DNA from: Candidatus Parcubacteria bacterium
Lineage (GTDB): Bacteria; Patescibacteriota; Minisyncoccia; Phycocordibacterales; CAIZLB01
NCBI GenBank assembly: GCA_043760135.1
Contig: JAYUPL010000014.1
Location: forward strand, 25,347 to 89,346
Reading direction: 5' to 3'
Length of the DNA stretch: 64,000 nucleotides
Shown: positions 9,658 to 18,640 of the stretch, one piece after another
Layout of the letters: each line of letters starts with the position of its first letter
Numbering within the stretch: position 1 is the stretch's first letter
Made by a program: the position numbers and the translations under genes
The notes under the pieces: generated by a model
Seen by the model: only the letters and a program-made list of their open reading frames with translations
Databases searched by the model: none
Told to the model about the DNA's origin: nothing

Positions 9658-9723
9658 TTATTAACGACGTAGAGTGAGAGAAACAAAAGTGATGACACTT
9701 TTGTTTCCGAACCGAGGAGTTAA
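9658..9723 (-). repeat. conserved structured element, copy 2 (inverted orientation): same flanks as copy 1, central hairpin gaaacaaaagtg/tcat/cacttttgtttc
   Basis: Reverse complement matches 2177..2240 in both flanks (about 20 + 24 nt identical). The hairpin sequence differs but is fully compensatory. Confidence 0.55.
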
Positions 9724-9819
9724 CGGTAAATACCTCGGAGCTTTGCTCCGGCACATGGACAAGCAAAGCTTGTTCGATGTGATACCTCGATGCTCTGCAT
9801 CGGGGAGGTATTCATTTAA

Positions 9820-10230
9820 TTAAAACTTTGGTAAATCAGCTGTTGAGTGTGCGACGATAATTTTATCTTTCGGGTGGTTTGTCACCAATGCCCATTTTCC
9901 ACCACCAACTGCAGCAAGGATTGCAGAACCGATAAGTAGTAGTATTGCATCTGTAGATTGACCATTTGTGTAATACACAGCACCAATCATTATGATGAGT
10001 GCACCAGCTGCGGCTAACTTGGTCCATATTCCAAAAATAAGACCAAGACCTGTTGCGAGCTCTCCAAGTGCCACTGCCCAGGCAAAGCCTGCAGATAATC
10101 CTGTTAACCCACCCAAGATATTTACCGCATGATTCATATCAGTAAGTTTGTTGTAACCTGCATATGCAAGCATTCCTCCAGCAACGAGGCGAATAATTAA
10201 TATTAGTATATTTTTTATATTTGTATTCAT
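9820..10230 (-). CDS. DoxX-family membrane protein
   Basis: About 135 aa with 4 TM helices. N-terminal LILIIRLVAGGMLAYAGYNKL resembles DoxX. Confidence 0.5.
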   Translation of the reverse strand: MNTNIKNILILIIRLVAGGMLAYAGYNKLTDMNHAVNILGGLTGLSAGFAWAVALGELATGLGLIFGIWTKLAAAGALIIMIGAVYYTNGQSTDAILLLIGSAILAAVGGGKWALVTNHPKDKIIVAHSTADLPKF

Positions 10231-10237
10231 GTACTAA

Positions 10238-10684
10238 TTATACCACCTCCTGTATTTCTTTTACCACCTCCTGCATCTCATTTTCTGTATAAGTATATTT
10301 TTCCTCTGCGAAATCATTATATCGAGGAATGATGTGTAGATGTGCGTGGAAAATTACCTGATGTGCTGTTGGTTCATTATTCATAACGATATTTATACCA
10401 TCAGCAGATAAAGCATTTTTCATAGCGATAGCTATTTTCTGAGCGGTGATATTCATACGGCACCATATTTCAACAGGTAAATCATATATATTCTCATGGT
10501 GATTTTTTGGGATAATCAACATATGACCTCGGGTATGTGGAAAGATATTAAGAAAAGCTAAGGTCTCATCATCTTCATGTACTTTAGTAGAAGGGTTTTC
10601 ATTTTTGATAATTTTACAAAATAGGCAATCTGCCACTATATTGTCTTCGTCATGTGTTGCTTTATTGTTGTCGTTTGGATTCAT
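10238..10684 (-). CDS. HIT-family (histidine triad) hydrolase
   Basis: CLFCKI near the N-terminus and the histidine triad HAHLHIIPR. Confidence 0.85.
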   Translation of the reverse strand: MNPNDNNKATHDEDNIVADCLFCKIIKNENPSTKVHEDDETLAFLNIFPHTRGHMLIIPKNHHENIYDLPVEIWCRMNITAQKIAIAMKNALSADGINIVMNNEPTAHQVIFHAHLHIIPRYNDFAEEKYTYTENEMQEVVKEIQEVV

Positions 10685-10707
10685 AAAACTATGATATCAT
10701 ATATCCC

Positions 10708-12486
10708 ATGTTTGAGACTATCGACCAAAGTTTTATAAAAAAAATCCTTAAAGATAGGGGTTTTAATAAGGGTGAGACAGAAGAATTTCTTAACCCTTTA
10801 TATATTGAAGAAAATGGCGGTATGTATGATGGCCGAAAAATGAAAGATATGGATAAGGCTATGCAGAGAATATGGACCGCAATAGATGCTGATGAAAAGA
10901 TTGCAATCTACTCTGACTACGATGCTGATGGGGTTCCAGGTGCTGTGGTTCTGTATTCATTTTTCAAGAAAATCAAATATCAAAATAATGTGGTTGTGAA
11001 AATTCCTCATCGTCATAAAGATGGGTTTGGTCTACATAAACATTTGATAGATGAATTGAAAGTTGATGGTGTAAAATTAATTATCACAATCGATCTAGGC
11101 AGTTCGAATGTTGAACAGGTTGACCATGCTAACTCTCTAGGTATCGATGTTATTATCACAGACCACCACGAGCCTCATGAAAAATTACCTCATGCTGTTG
11201 CAATTTTAAATCCAAAACAAGAAGGTTGTAAATATCCTGATAAGAATCTTTGTGGTTCTGGGGTGATTTTTAAGTTGGTTCATTTAATGATTATTGAAGC
11301 AAGAAAAAGAAAATATGATATTGCAGTTGGGTATGAAAAATGGCTATTGGACATGGTAGGTCTTGCTACCATATCGGACATGGTTCCTTTGACGGGAGAG
11401 AATAGAGTTTTTGCTCAGTATGGTTTGAAGGTTCTACAGAAGAATAAAAGAAAAGGAATCTATCATCTTTTAAGTAAGTTAAAAATAAATGAGAGATACC
11501 TCGACGAATCTGATATTGGATTCTCAGTTTCACCGTGCATCAATGCCGCATCTCGTATGAGTCACGCTATCGATGCTTTTAATTTATTGTCATCTGATGA
11601 TGAGGATACTTGTATCAAATCAGCCGATGCATTAATAAAGCTTAACAAGCTTAGGAAATCTTCTGCTGATAGTTTGATCGGAGATATCAAAAATAAAATC
11701 GATGTGAGTCAAGTTCGTGACATTATTGTGATTGGAGACGAAAATTGGTCACCCACTATCTTGGGTCCTGCCGCATCAAACTTGGTACGACAGTTTCAAC
11801 TCCCTGTTTTCATTTATGCATCCGCAGGAGAAGATGTGTTTCGTGGATCATGCAGGTCAATACCAGGAATATCAGTTGTTGACATCATGGGTCATGTTTC
11901 AGAAGATTTTTTTATAGAATCAGGCGGACATCACGCATCTGGTGGTTTTGCATTTGCCACAGAAAAGAGAGATTTATTTGAAGCCGAGATGAGGGAAGCT
12001 TTTAGAAAATATAAAGAGATACGTGACAGTGCAAAGGTGAACGAAGAGATTGTGGCTGATGAGATATCATACAAGATTACTCATAACAACGTTGATAATT
12101 TTTTAATTAAGCATCTTGCCCAGATGAAACCTTTCGGGATGAAAAATCAAAGTCCGTTATTTTGTATCAAACAGGTGTCTTTTCGTACTATAAAATATTT
12201 TGGTAAACAGAAAGAACACATCGAATTTGTTGTTGAACAGTTCTTAAATGATAAACAACAGATGGAAACAGTCACACCTGAGTTGTTTCAGGACACATAC
12301 AAGTATTCTTCAAACTATAGTAAGAAAGATGTTGTAAAATACATAAGCTTCTTTGCTGATAATTTATTGCAGGATATCAAAGCAAACATCGAGTACGACA
12401 TATATGGTCGTGTTGAGGAGAGTAATTTTTTGGGTAAAAAAGAGATTCGTGTTAAAGTTGAATACATACATGTTTCAGAAAAATAA
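10708..12486 (+). CDS. recJ: single-stranded-DNA-specific exonuclease RecJ
   Basis: DHH phosphoesterase motifs (DYDADGV, ITDHHEP) and a DHHA1-like C-terminal region. Confidence 0.85.
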   Translation: MFETIDQSFIKKILKDRGFNKGETEEFLNPLYIEENGGMYDGRKMKDMDKAMQRIWTAIDADEKIAIYSDYDADGVPGAVVLYSFFKKIKYQNNVVVKIPHRHKDGFGLHKHLIDELKVDGVKLIITIDLGSSNVEQVDHANSLGIDVIITDHHEPHEKLPHAVAILNPKQEGCKYPDKNLCGSGVIFKLVHLMIIEARKRKYDIAVGYEKWLLDMVGLATISDMVPLTGENRVFAQYGLKVLQKNKRKGIYHLLSKLKINERYLDESDIGFSVSPCINAASRMSHAIDAFNLLSSDDEDTCIKSADALIKLNKLRKSSADSLIGDIKNKIDVSQVRDIIVIGDENWSPTILGPAASNLVRQFQLPVFIYASAGEDVFRGSCRSIPGISVVDIMGHVSEDFFIESGGHHASGGFAFATEKRDLFEAEMREAFRKYKEIRDSAKVNEEIVADEISYKITHNNVDNFLIKHLAQMKPFGMKNQSPLFCIKQVSFRTIKYFGKQKEHIEFVVEQFLNDKQQMETVTPELFQDTYKYSSNYSKKDVVKYISFFADNLLQDIKANIEYDIYGRVEESNFLGKKEIRVKVEYIHVSEK

Positions 12487-12997
12487 TATTACAATTTATA
12501 CAGACGGTTCATCCCGTGGTAATCCTGGTCCCGGTGGCTTTGCCTCTATTGTTGTTATAAACGATGAGAAAGTGATAGAACTGGGTGGGCACGACAAACA
12601 TACTACCAACAATAAGATGGAGCTTAAAGGTGTAATCGAAGGATTAAAAGTTTCACTGAATAACATTGATGAGAACATTAAGAATGTAAACGTTTATTCT
12701 GATTCAAAGTACGTACTACAAGGTATAACCACTTGGATTCATAACTGGAAGAAGAACAATTGGCGAACTGCAGCTAAAAAGGAAGTATTGAATCAAGAAC
12801 TGTGGATGGAATTGGATAAGGTGGTTGAAACAGTTTCACAAAAGAAAGTGAAAATAGAATGGCATTATGTAAAAGGACATGCTGACAATCCATATAACAA
12901 CAGGGCAGATATCATTGCAACAACTTCAGCTGATATAGGTGAAACTAAAATTATGTTTGATGGCGATTTTCAGAAGTGGCACGAAAGATTTGATTAA
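12470..12997 (+). CDS. rnhA: ribonuclease HI
   Basis: TDGSSRGNPGPGGFAS, YSDSKYV and HYVKGHADNPYNNRADIIA motifs. The internal ATG at 12470 is the likely start (the track ORF at 12353 is an upstream extension). 17-nt overlap with recJ. Confidence 0.85.
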   Translation: MFQKNNITIYTDGSSRGNPGPGGFASIVVINDEKVIELGGHDKHTTNNKMELKGVIEGLKVSLNNIDENIKNVNVYSDSKYVLQGITTWIHNWKKNNWRTAAKKEVLNQELWMELDKVVETVSQKKVKIEWHYVKGHADNPYNNRADIIATTSADIGETKIMFDGDFQKWHERFD

Positions 12998-13050
12998 AAC
13001 TTTAGAACTTCTTTACTAAAACTTTAACCTCACTGTGTAACAATGGTGGG

Positions 13051-14406
13051 GTGAAGTTTTATATATTTTTTACACTAGTGGCAATAGCAGGGTTTATGAC
13101 TTTTAGAAGTTACAATGTCTTTGATGAAAGGCAGGGGTTTTTGGATGAAAAATTCTCAGAGGAGAAGATACAAAAATTTGAGACTGTTCTTCGGATAAAA
13201 AGTGAGATAACGATCTCAAACTTTAAGATGACTTTTATCGGAGAGGGTAAAGATTTTAGATACAGAATTACGAGTTCGGAAATGTCTGGTATAAAATTTG
13301 GAGACTGTCTTAAAGTTAAGGGAACTATCTTGAGACCAGAGATAAAAGATTCAGGGGAGACTTTGTACAATTTTCCGTATACAGAATATCTGGCTAAAGA
13401 TGGGGTGTATCTTTTGTATCGGGTAAACCAAGCTGAGAAAATTTTAGAATGTACACCTCTGAGTTTTTATGAAAAAGTTAAATTATTTTTTCTCACTAAA
13501 AAGATACAAATTACAAAAATATTTTTAGAAAAATATGACCAACCATATGCGGGGTTAGTTGTCGGAGTTTTGATTGCTGGGAAGGGACTCATGAGTCCAC
13601 AGACTTTGGAGACGTTTAAAAAAGTTTCTCTATCTCATGTGATCGTACTCTCGGGTTCAAATGTGTCGATCATAATTTTTTGTATCAAATATATTTTCGA
13701 TTTAATTTTTTCTCGAGTTAAAGAAAGTTTGCTGGTAGAAATTATTAAAAAGATTTTGACTCTACTGTCGGTGACAAGTTTTGTATTACTCACTGGCGGG
13801 GGTGCTCCAATCAACAGAGCATTCATCTCTAGTTTTTGTGCACTCGTAATTTTTAAGAAAGGGACTGATCAAGTCTATGCATTAACTATTGTAGTTTTGA
13901 TTATGACAATCGTCAATCCATTTGGAAGTATTTATGATCCATCATTTCATTTAACTTGTTGTGCAACATACGGGCTGATTTTATTTTCAAAATATTTTGA
14001 CAAGGCTATAATTTTTTCTTGGTTAAACTTTATACCAAATTTTTTGAGAGAAATTATTTCTGTAACTTTAGCAACTCAGGTTTTTGTTTTCCCCTGCATC
14101 ATTTTTATGAGTGGATCTTTTTCTACAGTTTTTCTTTTGTCGAATGTTTTAGTTTTGCCGCTGATTCCATTTATCATGTTGTTGGGATTTTTAAGTTTGT
14201 TTCCGGTAGTTGGAGGGGCGTGCATTTTGATAAATAATATAATTTTGAAAACCGTATTTTTCTTGGTGAAGTTTTTGTCTGAGATTCCTCATTCATATAT
14301 TTTGTTTGATAAAAAAACTAGTATTGGGATACTAGTAATTTATTCAATATTTGTTCTGTTTTTATTTTGGAAAATTAGAAGCGACCTTCAACCACCCCAA
14401 AGTTAA
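13051..14406 (+). CDS. comEC: ComEC/Rec2-like competence membrane protein (N-terminal and polytopic channel domains only)
   Basis: Competence-domain signature SLSHVIVLSGSNVSII and multiple TM helices. There is no MBL domain in this ORF. Confidence 0.65.
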   Translation: MKFYIFFTLVAIAGFMTFRSYNVFDERQGFLDEKFSEEKIQKFETVLRIKSEITISNFKMTFIGEGKDFRYRITSSEMSGIKFGDCLKVKGTILRPEIKDSGETLYNFPYTEYLAKDGVYLLYRVNQAEKILECTPLSFYEKVKLFFLTKKIQITKIFLEKYDQPYAGLVVGVLIAGKGLMSPQTLETFKKVSLSHVIVLSGSNVSIIIFCIKYIFDLIFSRVKESLLVEIIKKILTLLSVTSFVLLTGGGAPINRAFISSFCALVIFKKGTDQVYALTIVVLIMTIVNPFGSIYDPSFHLTCCATYGLILFSKYFDKAIIFSWLNFIPNFLREIISVTLATQVFVFPCIIFMSGSFSTVFLLSNVLVLPLIPFIMLLGFLSLFPVVGGACILINNIILKTVFFLVKFLSEIPHSYILFDKKTSIGILVIYSIFVLFLFWKIRSDLQPPQS

Positions 14407-14962
14407 CATTTTCAAAGAAGGCCTCAACATATTTCTTTTTCTCTGATGGTGGGACGTCAAGCATAAATGAGTGCTCCCACATATCAAGTGTAAGGATAGG
14501 CTTTAACCCAGTCAGATGCCCCTCATGTTGCTCACCAACCCAAGTATTTATCAAGTTGCCTGTAGTTTCATCTTTGTATAGAAATGCCCAACCAATGCCT
14601 CGTGTCATAGCAACGGTTTTAAACTCTGATAACCATTGCTCATATGATCCCCAAACCTCTTCTATTTTTTTATACAGGTTAGATTCTGGGTTTGCAGCTA
14701 CGGCTCCACCTTCAAATTGAGCAAAATAATACTCATGGTTTCTCATTCCTCCAAATTCAAACCCTAATCTTCTTTTTAACTCACCTATTGTATACATGTT
14801 TGTTTCAGTATCTTTAGATAATTCTGCTATTTTCTCAAGGATAAGATTGGTATGTTTAACATATCCAGTATAAAGCTTTAGATGTTCTTCTACAGTTTTA
14901 GCTGATATTCCTTTGAGTTCTCCAATATTGAATTGTTTTTTTATGTATGTATTGTATGTCAT
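14375..14962 (-). CDS. sodA: Fe/Mn superoxide dismutase
   Basis: LDMWEHSFMLD and the typical N/C-domain histidines. 195 aa. Confidence 0.9.
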   Translation of the reverse strand: MTYNTYIKKQFNIGELKGISAKTVEEHLKLYTGYVKHTNLILEKIAELSKDTETNMYTIGELKRRLGFEFGGMRNHEYYFAQFEGGAVAANPESNLYKKIEEVWGSYEQWLSEFKTVAMTRGIGWAFLYKDETTGNLINTWVGEQHEGHLTGLKPILTLDMWEHSFMLDVPPSEKKKYVEAFFENVNFGVVEGRF

Positions 14963-15015
14963 ATCTTTATTATTTCTTTTGTTTTTCTTTATATAGTATA
15001 TGCTTTAATCATTAG

Positions 15016-15933
15016 ATGAAAGATATATACTATAAATATAACATATTTTACCTGATTTTAGGGTTGCTGATTATTCTCAATATTTGCCTCGGTATTTTCA
15101 TATATATGAATAGAGGATGTAATGTTCATCGTAATATGGTCGCTTTTTTAAATATTGGACAGGGTGACGCAACATATATAGAGAATAAGTCGGGACAGAG
15201 TATTTTGATAGATACAGGTAATAAAGATTCTGGTGTATTAAAACAGATTCAACGAGTTACATCATGTTATAAGGTTCATATAAATAGTCTTATTCTTACT
15301 CATGCTGACCAAGATCATATTGGTGAGGCAGCTAACCTTGTTCAAAAAAGCTATGTTGATCGAGTGGTACATAATGGTTTTTTGGACATGGATCAACAAC
15401 AAGAAAATCAGAGTGAAAATGACCTTGAAAAAATTATTAAGATAAAACGAATACCAACTCAAGATATGGTTAAAGATCAAAATTTTAATTTCAAAAACTT
15501 TGATCTGGTTTTTCTCTATCCAACTACTACCCCATATATGGACAAAAAAGGAAAAAGTAAAAGTGTTGATGATAACGATTATTCGATTGTATTAAAATTA
15601 ACTCATGCTGACTACATCTTCATGCTTATGGGTGATGCACCAATAAAGGTGGAAAAAGAAATAATTAATTTTAATTGTGTTAAAAAAGCTACGAGCACTT
15701 GTCCTCTTTTGAAATCAAACGTGCTTAAGCTTGGACATCATGGTTCTAAAAATTCGTCAGGTATAGATTTTCTAAAAAAGGTTGATGCTAAAGACTATAT
15801 TGTTTCGGCAGGTCTTAATAATAAATATCACCATCCTAACGAAGAGACTATATATAGAGTATACCTCAACAAAAAAGACTCCCGAGTAAGGGAGACTTCT
15901 GTAGAGGGGAATATTGTGTATATCTTGAATTAG
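15016..15933 (+). CDS. metallo-beta-lactamase fold protein, ComEC C-terminal-domain-like
   Basis: HADQDHIG and LKLGHHGSKNSS motifs typical of the ComEC/Rec2 MBL domain. N-terminal TM helix. Confidence 0.65.
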   Translation: MKDIYYKYNIFYLILGLLIILNICLGIFIYMNRGCNVHRNMVAFLNIGQGDATYIENKSGQSILIDTGNKDSGVLKQIQRVTSCYKVHINSLILTHADQDHIGEAANLVQKSYVDRVVHNGFLDMDQQQENQSENDLEKIIKIKRIPTQDMVKDQNFNFKNFDLVFLYPTTTPYMDKKGKSKSVDDNDYSIVLKLTHADYIFMLMGDAPIKVEKEIINFNCVKKATSTCPLLKSNVLKLGHHGSKNSSGIDFLKKVDAKDYIVSAGLNNKYHHPNEETIYRVYLNKKDSRVRETSVEGNIVYILN

Positions 15934-16172
15934 ATAATACCTGCTTTTCTAAGAGTTTGAAAAGCACCATTTTTATTGATAGTTTTGATAGCTCTGGTTG
16001 AAACTGTTACAGAGACTGTTTGGTTTATTTCAGGAACGAAGATTTTTTTCTTTTGTAGGTTTATATATCTTCTTCTTTTTCCGGTAGGGTTAAATTGAGT
16101 AGCACGAGTTCTGTTAGAATACCCGCCTCCGTTTATTGATCCTCTTCCTGTTATTTCGCAAATTTTAGCCAT
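15930..16172 (-). CDS. rpmB: 50S ribosomal protein L28
   Basis: MAKICEITGRG...RRRYINLQKKKIFVPE...VSTRAIKTINKNG matches L28. The track ORF has a spurious N-terminal extension. Confidence 0.85.
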   Translation of the reverse strand: MAKICEITGRGSINGGGYSNRTRATQFNPTGKRRRYINLQKKKIFVPEINQTVSVTVSTRAIKTINKNGAFQTLRKAGII

Positions 16173-16239
16173 GACAAGTATACTATCACAAAGGTTTGAT
16201 TGTGGCAATATATATAGTTTGTATGGTATATTTAATTTT

Positions 16240-16743
16240 ATGCTTAAAATAAAGGACGAAAAGAAAATAAAAATAGCTAAAATTCCAGTACCAGAGACGT
16301 TTGAAGAAAAGGTTTCCAAAAGCATAGGGTCAATTTGGTCACTCTATATTCATACAGCTATATTTGTCCTTTCATTTTTACTTATAATTTTAGGGGTTTC
16401 TACAGAAGAAGTGTTACTAACACTAACAACATTGGTATCTTTGGAAGCAATCTACCTCTCTATTTTCATACAAATGGCGGTAAACAAGAACACCGAATCT
16501 CTTGAAGAAGTTGAGGAAGACCTGGATGAGATCCAAGAAGATATTGATGAGATTCAGGAGGGTGTTGAGAGTATTGAGGAGGACATCGATGAGATCCAAG
16601 AGGATGTTGAAGAGATTGAGGAGGATGTGGATGAGATAGAAGAAGGTGATAATAAAAGAGACAAAGCAGTAAATGACAAGTTCACAAAAATTGATAATCA
16701 ATTAAACTTAATATTAGCTGAATTAAAAAACTTACAAAAATAA
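16240..16743 (+). CDS. membrane protein with C-terminal acidic tandem repeats
   Basis: Two TM helices followed by a repeated E-E-D-[ILV]-D-E-I-Q-E 9-aa unit. Start chosen at the internal ATG to avoid overlap with rpmB. Confidence 0.45.
   Translation: MLKIKDEKKIKIAKIPVPETFEEKVSKSIGSIWSLYIHTAIFVLSFLLIILGVSTEEVLLTLTTLVSLEAIYLSIFIQMAVNKNTESLEEVEEDLDEIQEDIDEIQEGVESIEEDIDEIQEDVEEIEEDVDEIEEGDNKRDKAVNDKFTKIDNQLNLILAELKNLQK
16507..16650 (+). repeat. about 5 tandem 27-bp coding repeats (acidic 9-aa units)
   Basis: Repeating units gaggaagacctggatgagatccaagaa / gatattgatgagattcaggag, and so on. Confidence 0.6.
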
Positions 16744-16744
16744 T

Positions 16745-17332
16745 ATGACAATAATCGCAATACTTATATTAATACTCTCAATTGTAGCTCACGAAGTTGC
16801 TCATGGATTGGCCGCATTGTGGCAAGGTGATAGAACGGCACGAGATGCGGGAAGGCTAACATTAAACCCGATACCACATATAGATATGGTTGGATCAATA
16901 ATATTGCCAGTATTTATGTACATAATAGGAATGCCATTTCTTTTTGGATATGCAAAACCAGTTCCGATCAATCCATATAACTTTAGAAATATAAAATACG
17001 GAGAAGCATTAGTTGCTTTTGCTGGACCATTGGTAAACATTATATTTGTGGCAATATTTACAGTATTACTTCACACAGTTCCAATGAGTCCTGTGTACAC
17101 TGGTGTAGCTCAAATGATTATTTTAATAAACATTGTTCTAGCTTTGTTTAACTTGATGCCAGTTCCACCACTAGATGGTTCAAAAATATTGTTTGCATTT
17201 ATTCCACAAAGATTTTACAGGTTCCGTAAATCACTAGAGGGTAAAAGTTTCTTGTTTTGGTTTATTATCATCATCTTGATTTGGCAAGTATTTCAGCCTT
17301 TGGTTGCTTGGATTTTTGAGAAGTTGGTGTAG
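16745..17332 (+). CDS. small site-2-protease (M50)-like membrane metalloprotease
   Basis: HEVAHG inside TM1 and NLMPVPPLDGSKIL (LDG motif). Confidence 0.6.
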   Translation: MTIIAILILILSIVAHEVAHGLAALWQGDRTARDAGRLTLNPIPHIDMVGSIILPVFMYIIGMPFLFGYAKPVPINPYNFRNIKYGEALVAFAGPLVNIIFVAIFTVLLHTVPMSPVYTGVAQMIILINIVLALFNLMPVPPLDGSKILFAFIPQRFYRFRKSLEGKSFLFWFIIIILIWQVFQPLVAWIFEKLV

Positions 17333-17369
17333 GTAAAGTCAATATTGCAGAATTCGTACAAATGCTATA

Positions 17370-18554
17370 ATGACCTCCATGAAAGATAAACAAGTAAAAG
17401 CCATCATCGATGCTGAAACCAAAAGGCAGAAAAAAGTTATAAATCTGATTCCATCTGAGAACTTTACATCCGTTGATGTGATGTCTGCGGTAGGATCTGT
17501 TTTTGATAATAAATATGCAGAAGGGTATGTATTTGCTCGATACTATGGAGGAAATGAAGAAGTGGATAAGATAGAAACATTGTGTAAAGAAAGAGCATTA
17601 AAACTTTTCGGGCTTAAAGAAAAAGAATGGCATGTAAATTGTCAGGCGCACTCAGGTTCACCTGCAAACATGGCAGTGTATCTCGCTAATGTTCCAGTCG
17701 GTACAGGGAAAATTATGGGAATGAGTTTAACTTCAGGTGGGCATCTCACTCATGGACAAAAAGTTTCTGCTACAGGAAAATTTTGGACACCGGTAAACTT
17801 TGAAGTTGATAAAGATACAGAAGTTATTGATTATGATGCTGTTATGAAACTCGCACAAAAAGAAAAGCCAACTATTATCGTTGCTGGATTTACTGCGTAC
17901 CCGAGAGTTGTTGATTTTAAAAAGTTTAGAGAGATAGCAGATAGTTGTGGGGCACTTCTTATGGTTGATATGTCACACCTTGCAGGATTAGTTGCAGGTA
18001 AAGCATATCCATCACCATTTCCATATGCTGATGTGGTAACTACTACAACTCATAAAACATTGAGAGGTCCAAGAGGTGCATTAATTTTCTCAAGAAAAGA
18101 TGAAAGGGGAATAGATAAAAAAATAGACAAGGCAGTGTTTCCAGGACTTCAAGGTGGACCACACATGTCACATGTTGCTGGTATTGCCGTTGCATTAGGT
18201 GAAGCAAACACTCCCGCATTTAAAGCGTATGCAAAACAAGTTATTAAAAATGCAAAAGCTTTTGCAAAAGAAATGAAAAAACTTGGTTGGAGAGTTGTGT
18301 CAGGTGGAACAGATTCTCATTTACTACTTATCGACACATGGGCAAATGGTGTTACAGGAAAGATTGCTGAAGCAGCACTTGAAAAAGCGGGAATTATTTG
18401 TAATAAAAATACGATACCAGGTGAGACAAGATCTCCATTTGATCCATCGGGTATACGCGTTGGAACTCCAGCGATGACAACGAGAGGGTATAAGGAAAAT
18501 GATTTTGTGAAGGTGGCACAGAAGATTGATAAGGTATTGAGGGCGGTGAAGTAA
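17370..18554 (+). CDS. glyA: serine hydroxymethyltransferase
   Basis: SGGHLTHGQ and VVTTTTHKTLRGPRG (PLP-Lys region). Confidence 0.9.
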   Translation: MTSMKDKQVKAIIDAETKRQKKVINLIPSENFTSVDVMSAVGSVFDNKYAEGYVFARYYGGNEEVDKIETLCKERALKLFGLKEKEWHVNCQAHSGSPANMAVYLANVPVGTGKIMGMSLTSGGHLTHGQKVSATGKFWTPVNFEVDKDTEVIDYDAVMKLAQKEKPTIIVAGFTAYPRVVDFKKFREIADSCGALLMVDMSHLAGLVAGKAYPSPFPYADVVTTTTHKTLRGPRGALIFSRKDERGIDKKIDKAVFPGLQGGPHMSHVAGIAVALGEANTPAFKAYAKQVIKNAKAFAKEMKKLGWRVVSGGTDSHLLLIDTWANGVTGKIAEAALEKAGIICNKNTIPGETRSPFDPSGIRVGTPAMTTRGYKENDFVKVAQKIDKVLRAVK

Positions 18555-18555
18555 A

Positions 18556-18640
18556 TTTGAGGTCACAATTTGTGACCTCAAATTTGGTACAAGAAAATTC
18601 CCCAAGGACCGAGATGGTCCGAGGGGAATGTTTTTTGTTT
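18556..18640. terminator. two hairpins (aaatttgaggtcacaa/ttgtgacctcaaattt and ccccaaggacc/ggtccgagggg + T6) between convergent genes
   Basis: Perfect 16-bp palindrome plus a GC stem followed by TTTTTTG. Confidence 0.6.

Noticed and set aside
12353-12469. N-terminal extension of the RNase H ORF overlapping recJ
   Set aside because: The extension has no RNase H similarity. The conserved TDGSSRGNPGPGG begins right after the internal ATG at 12470.
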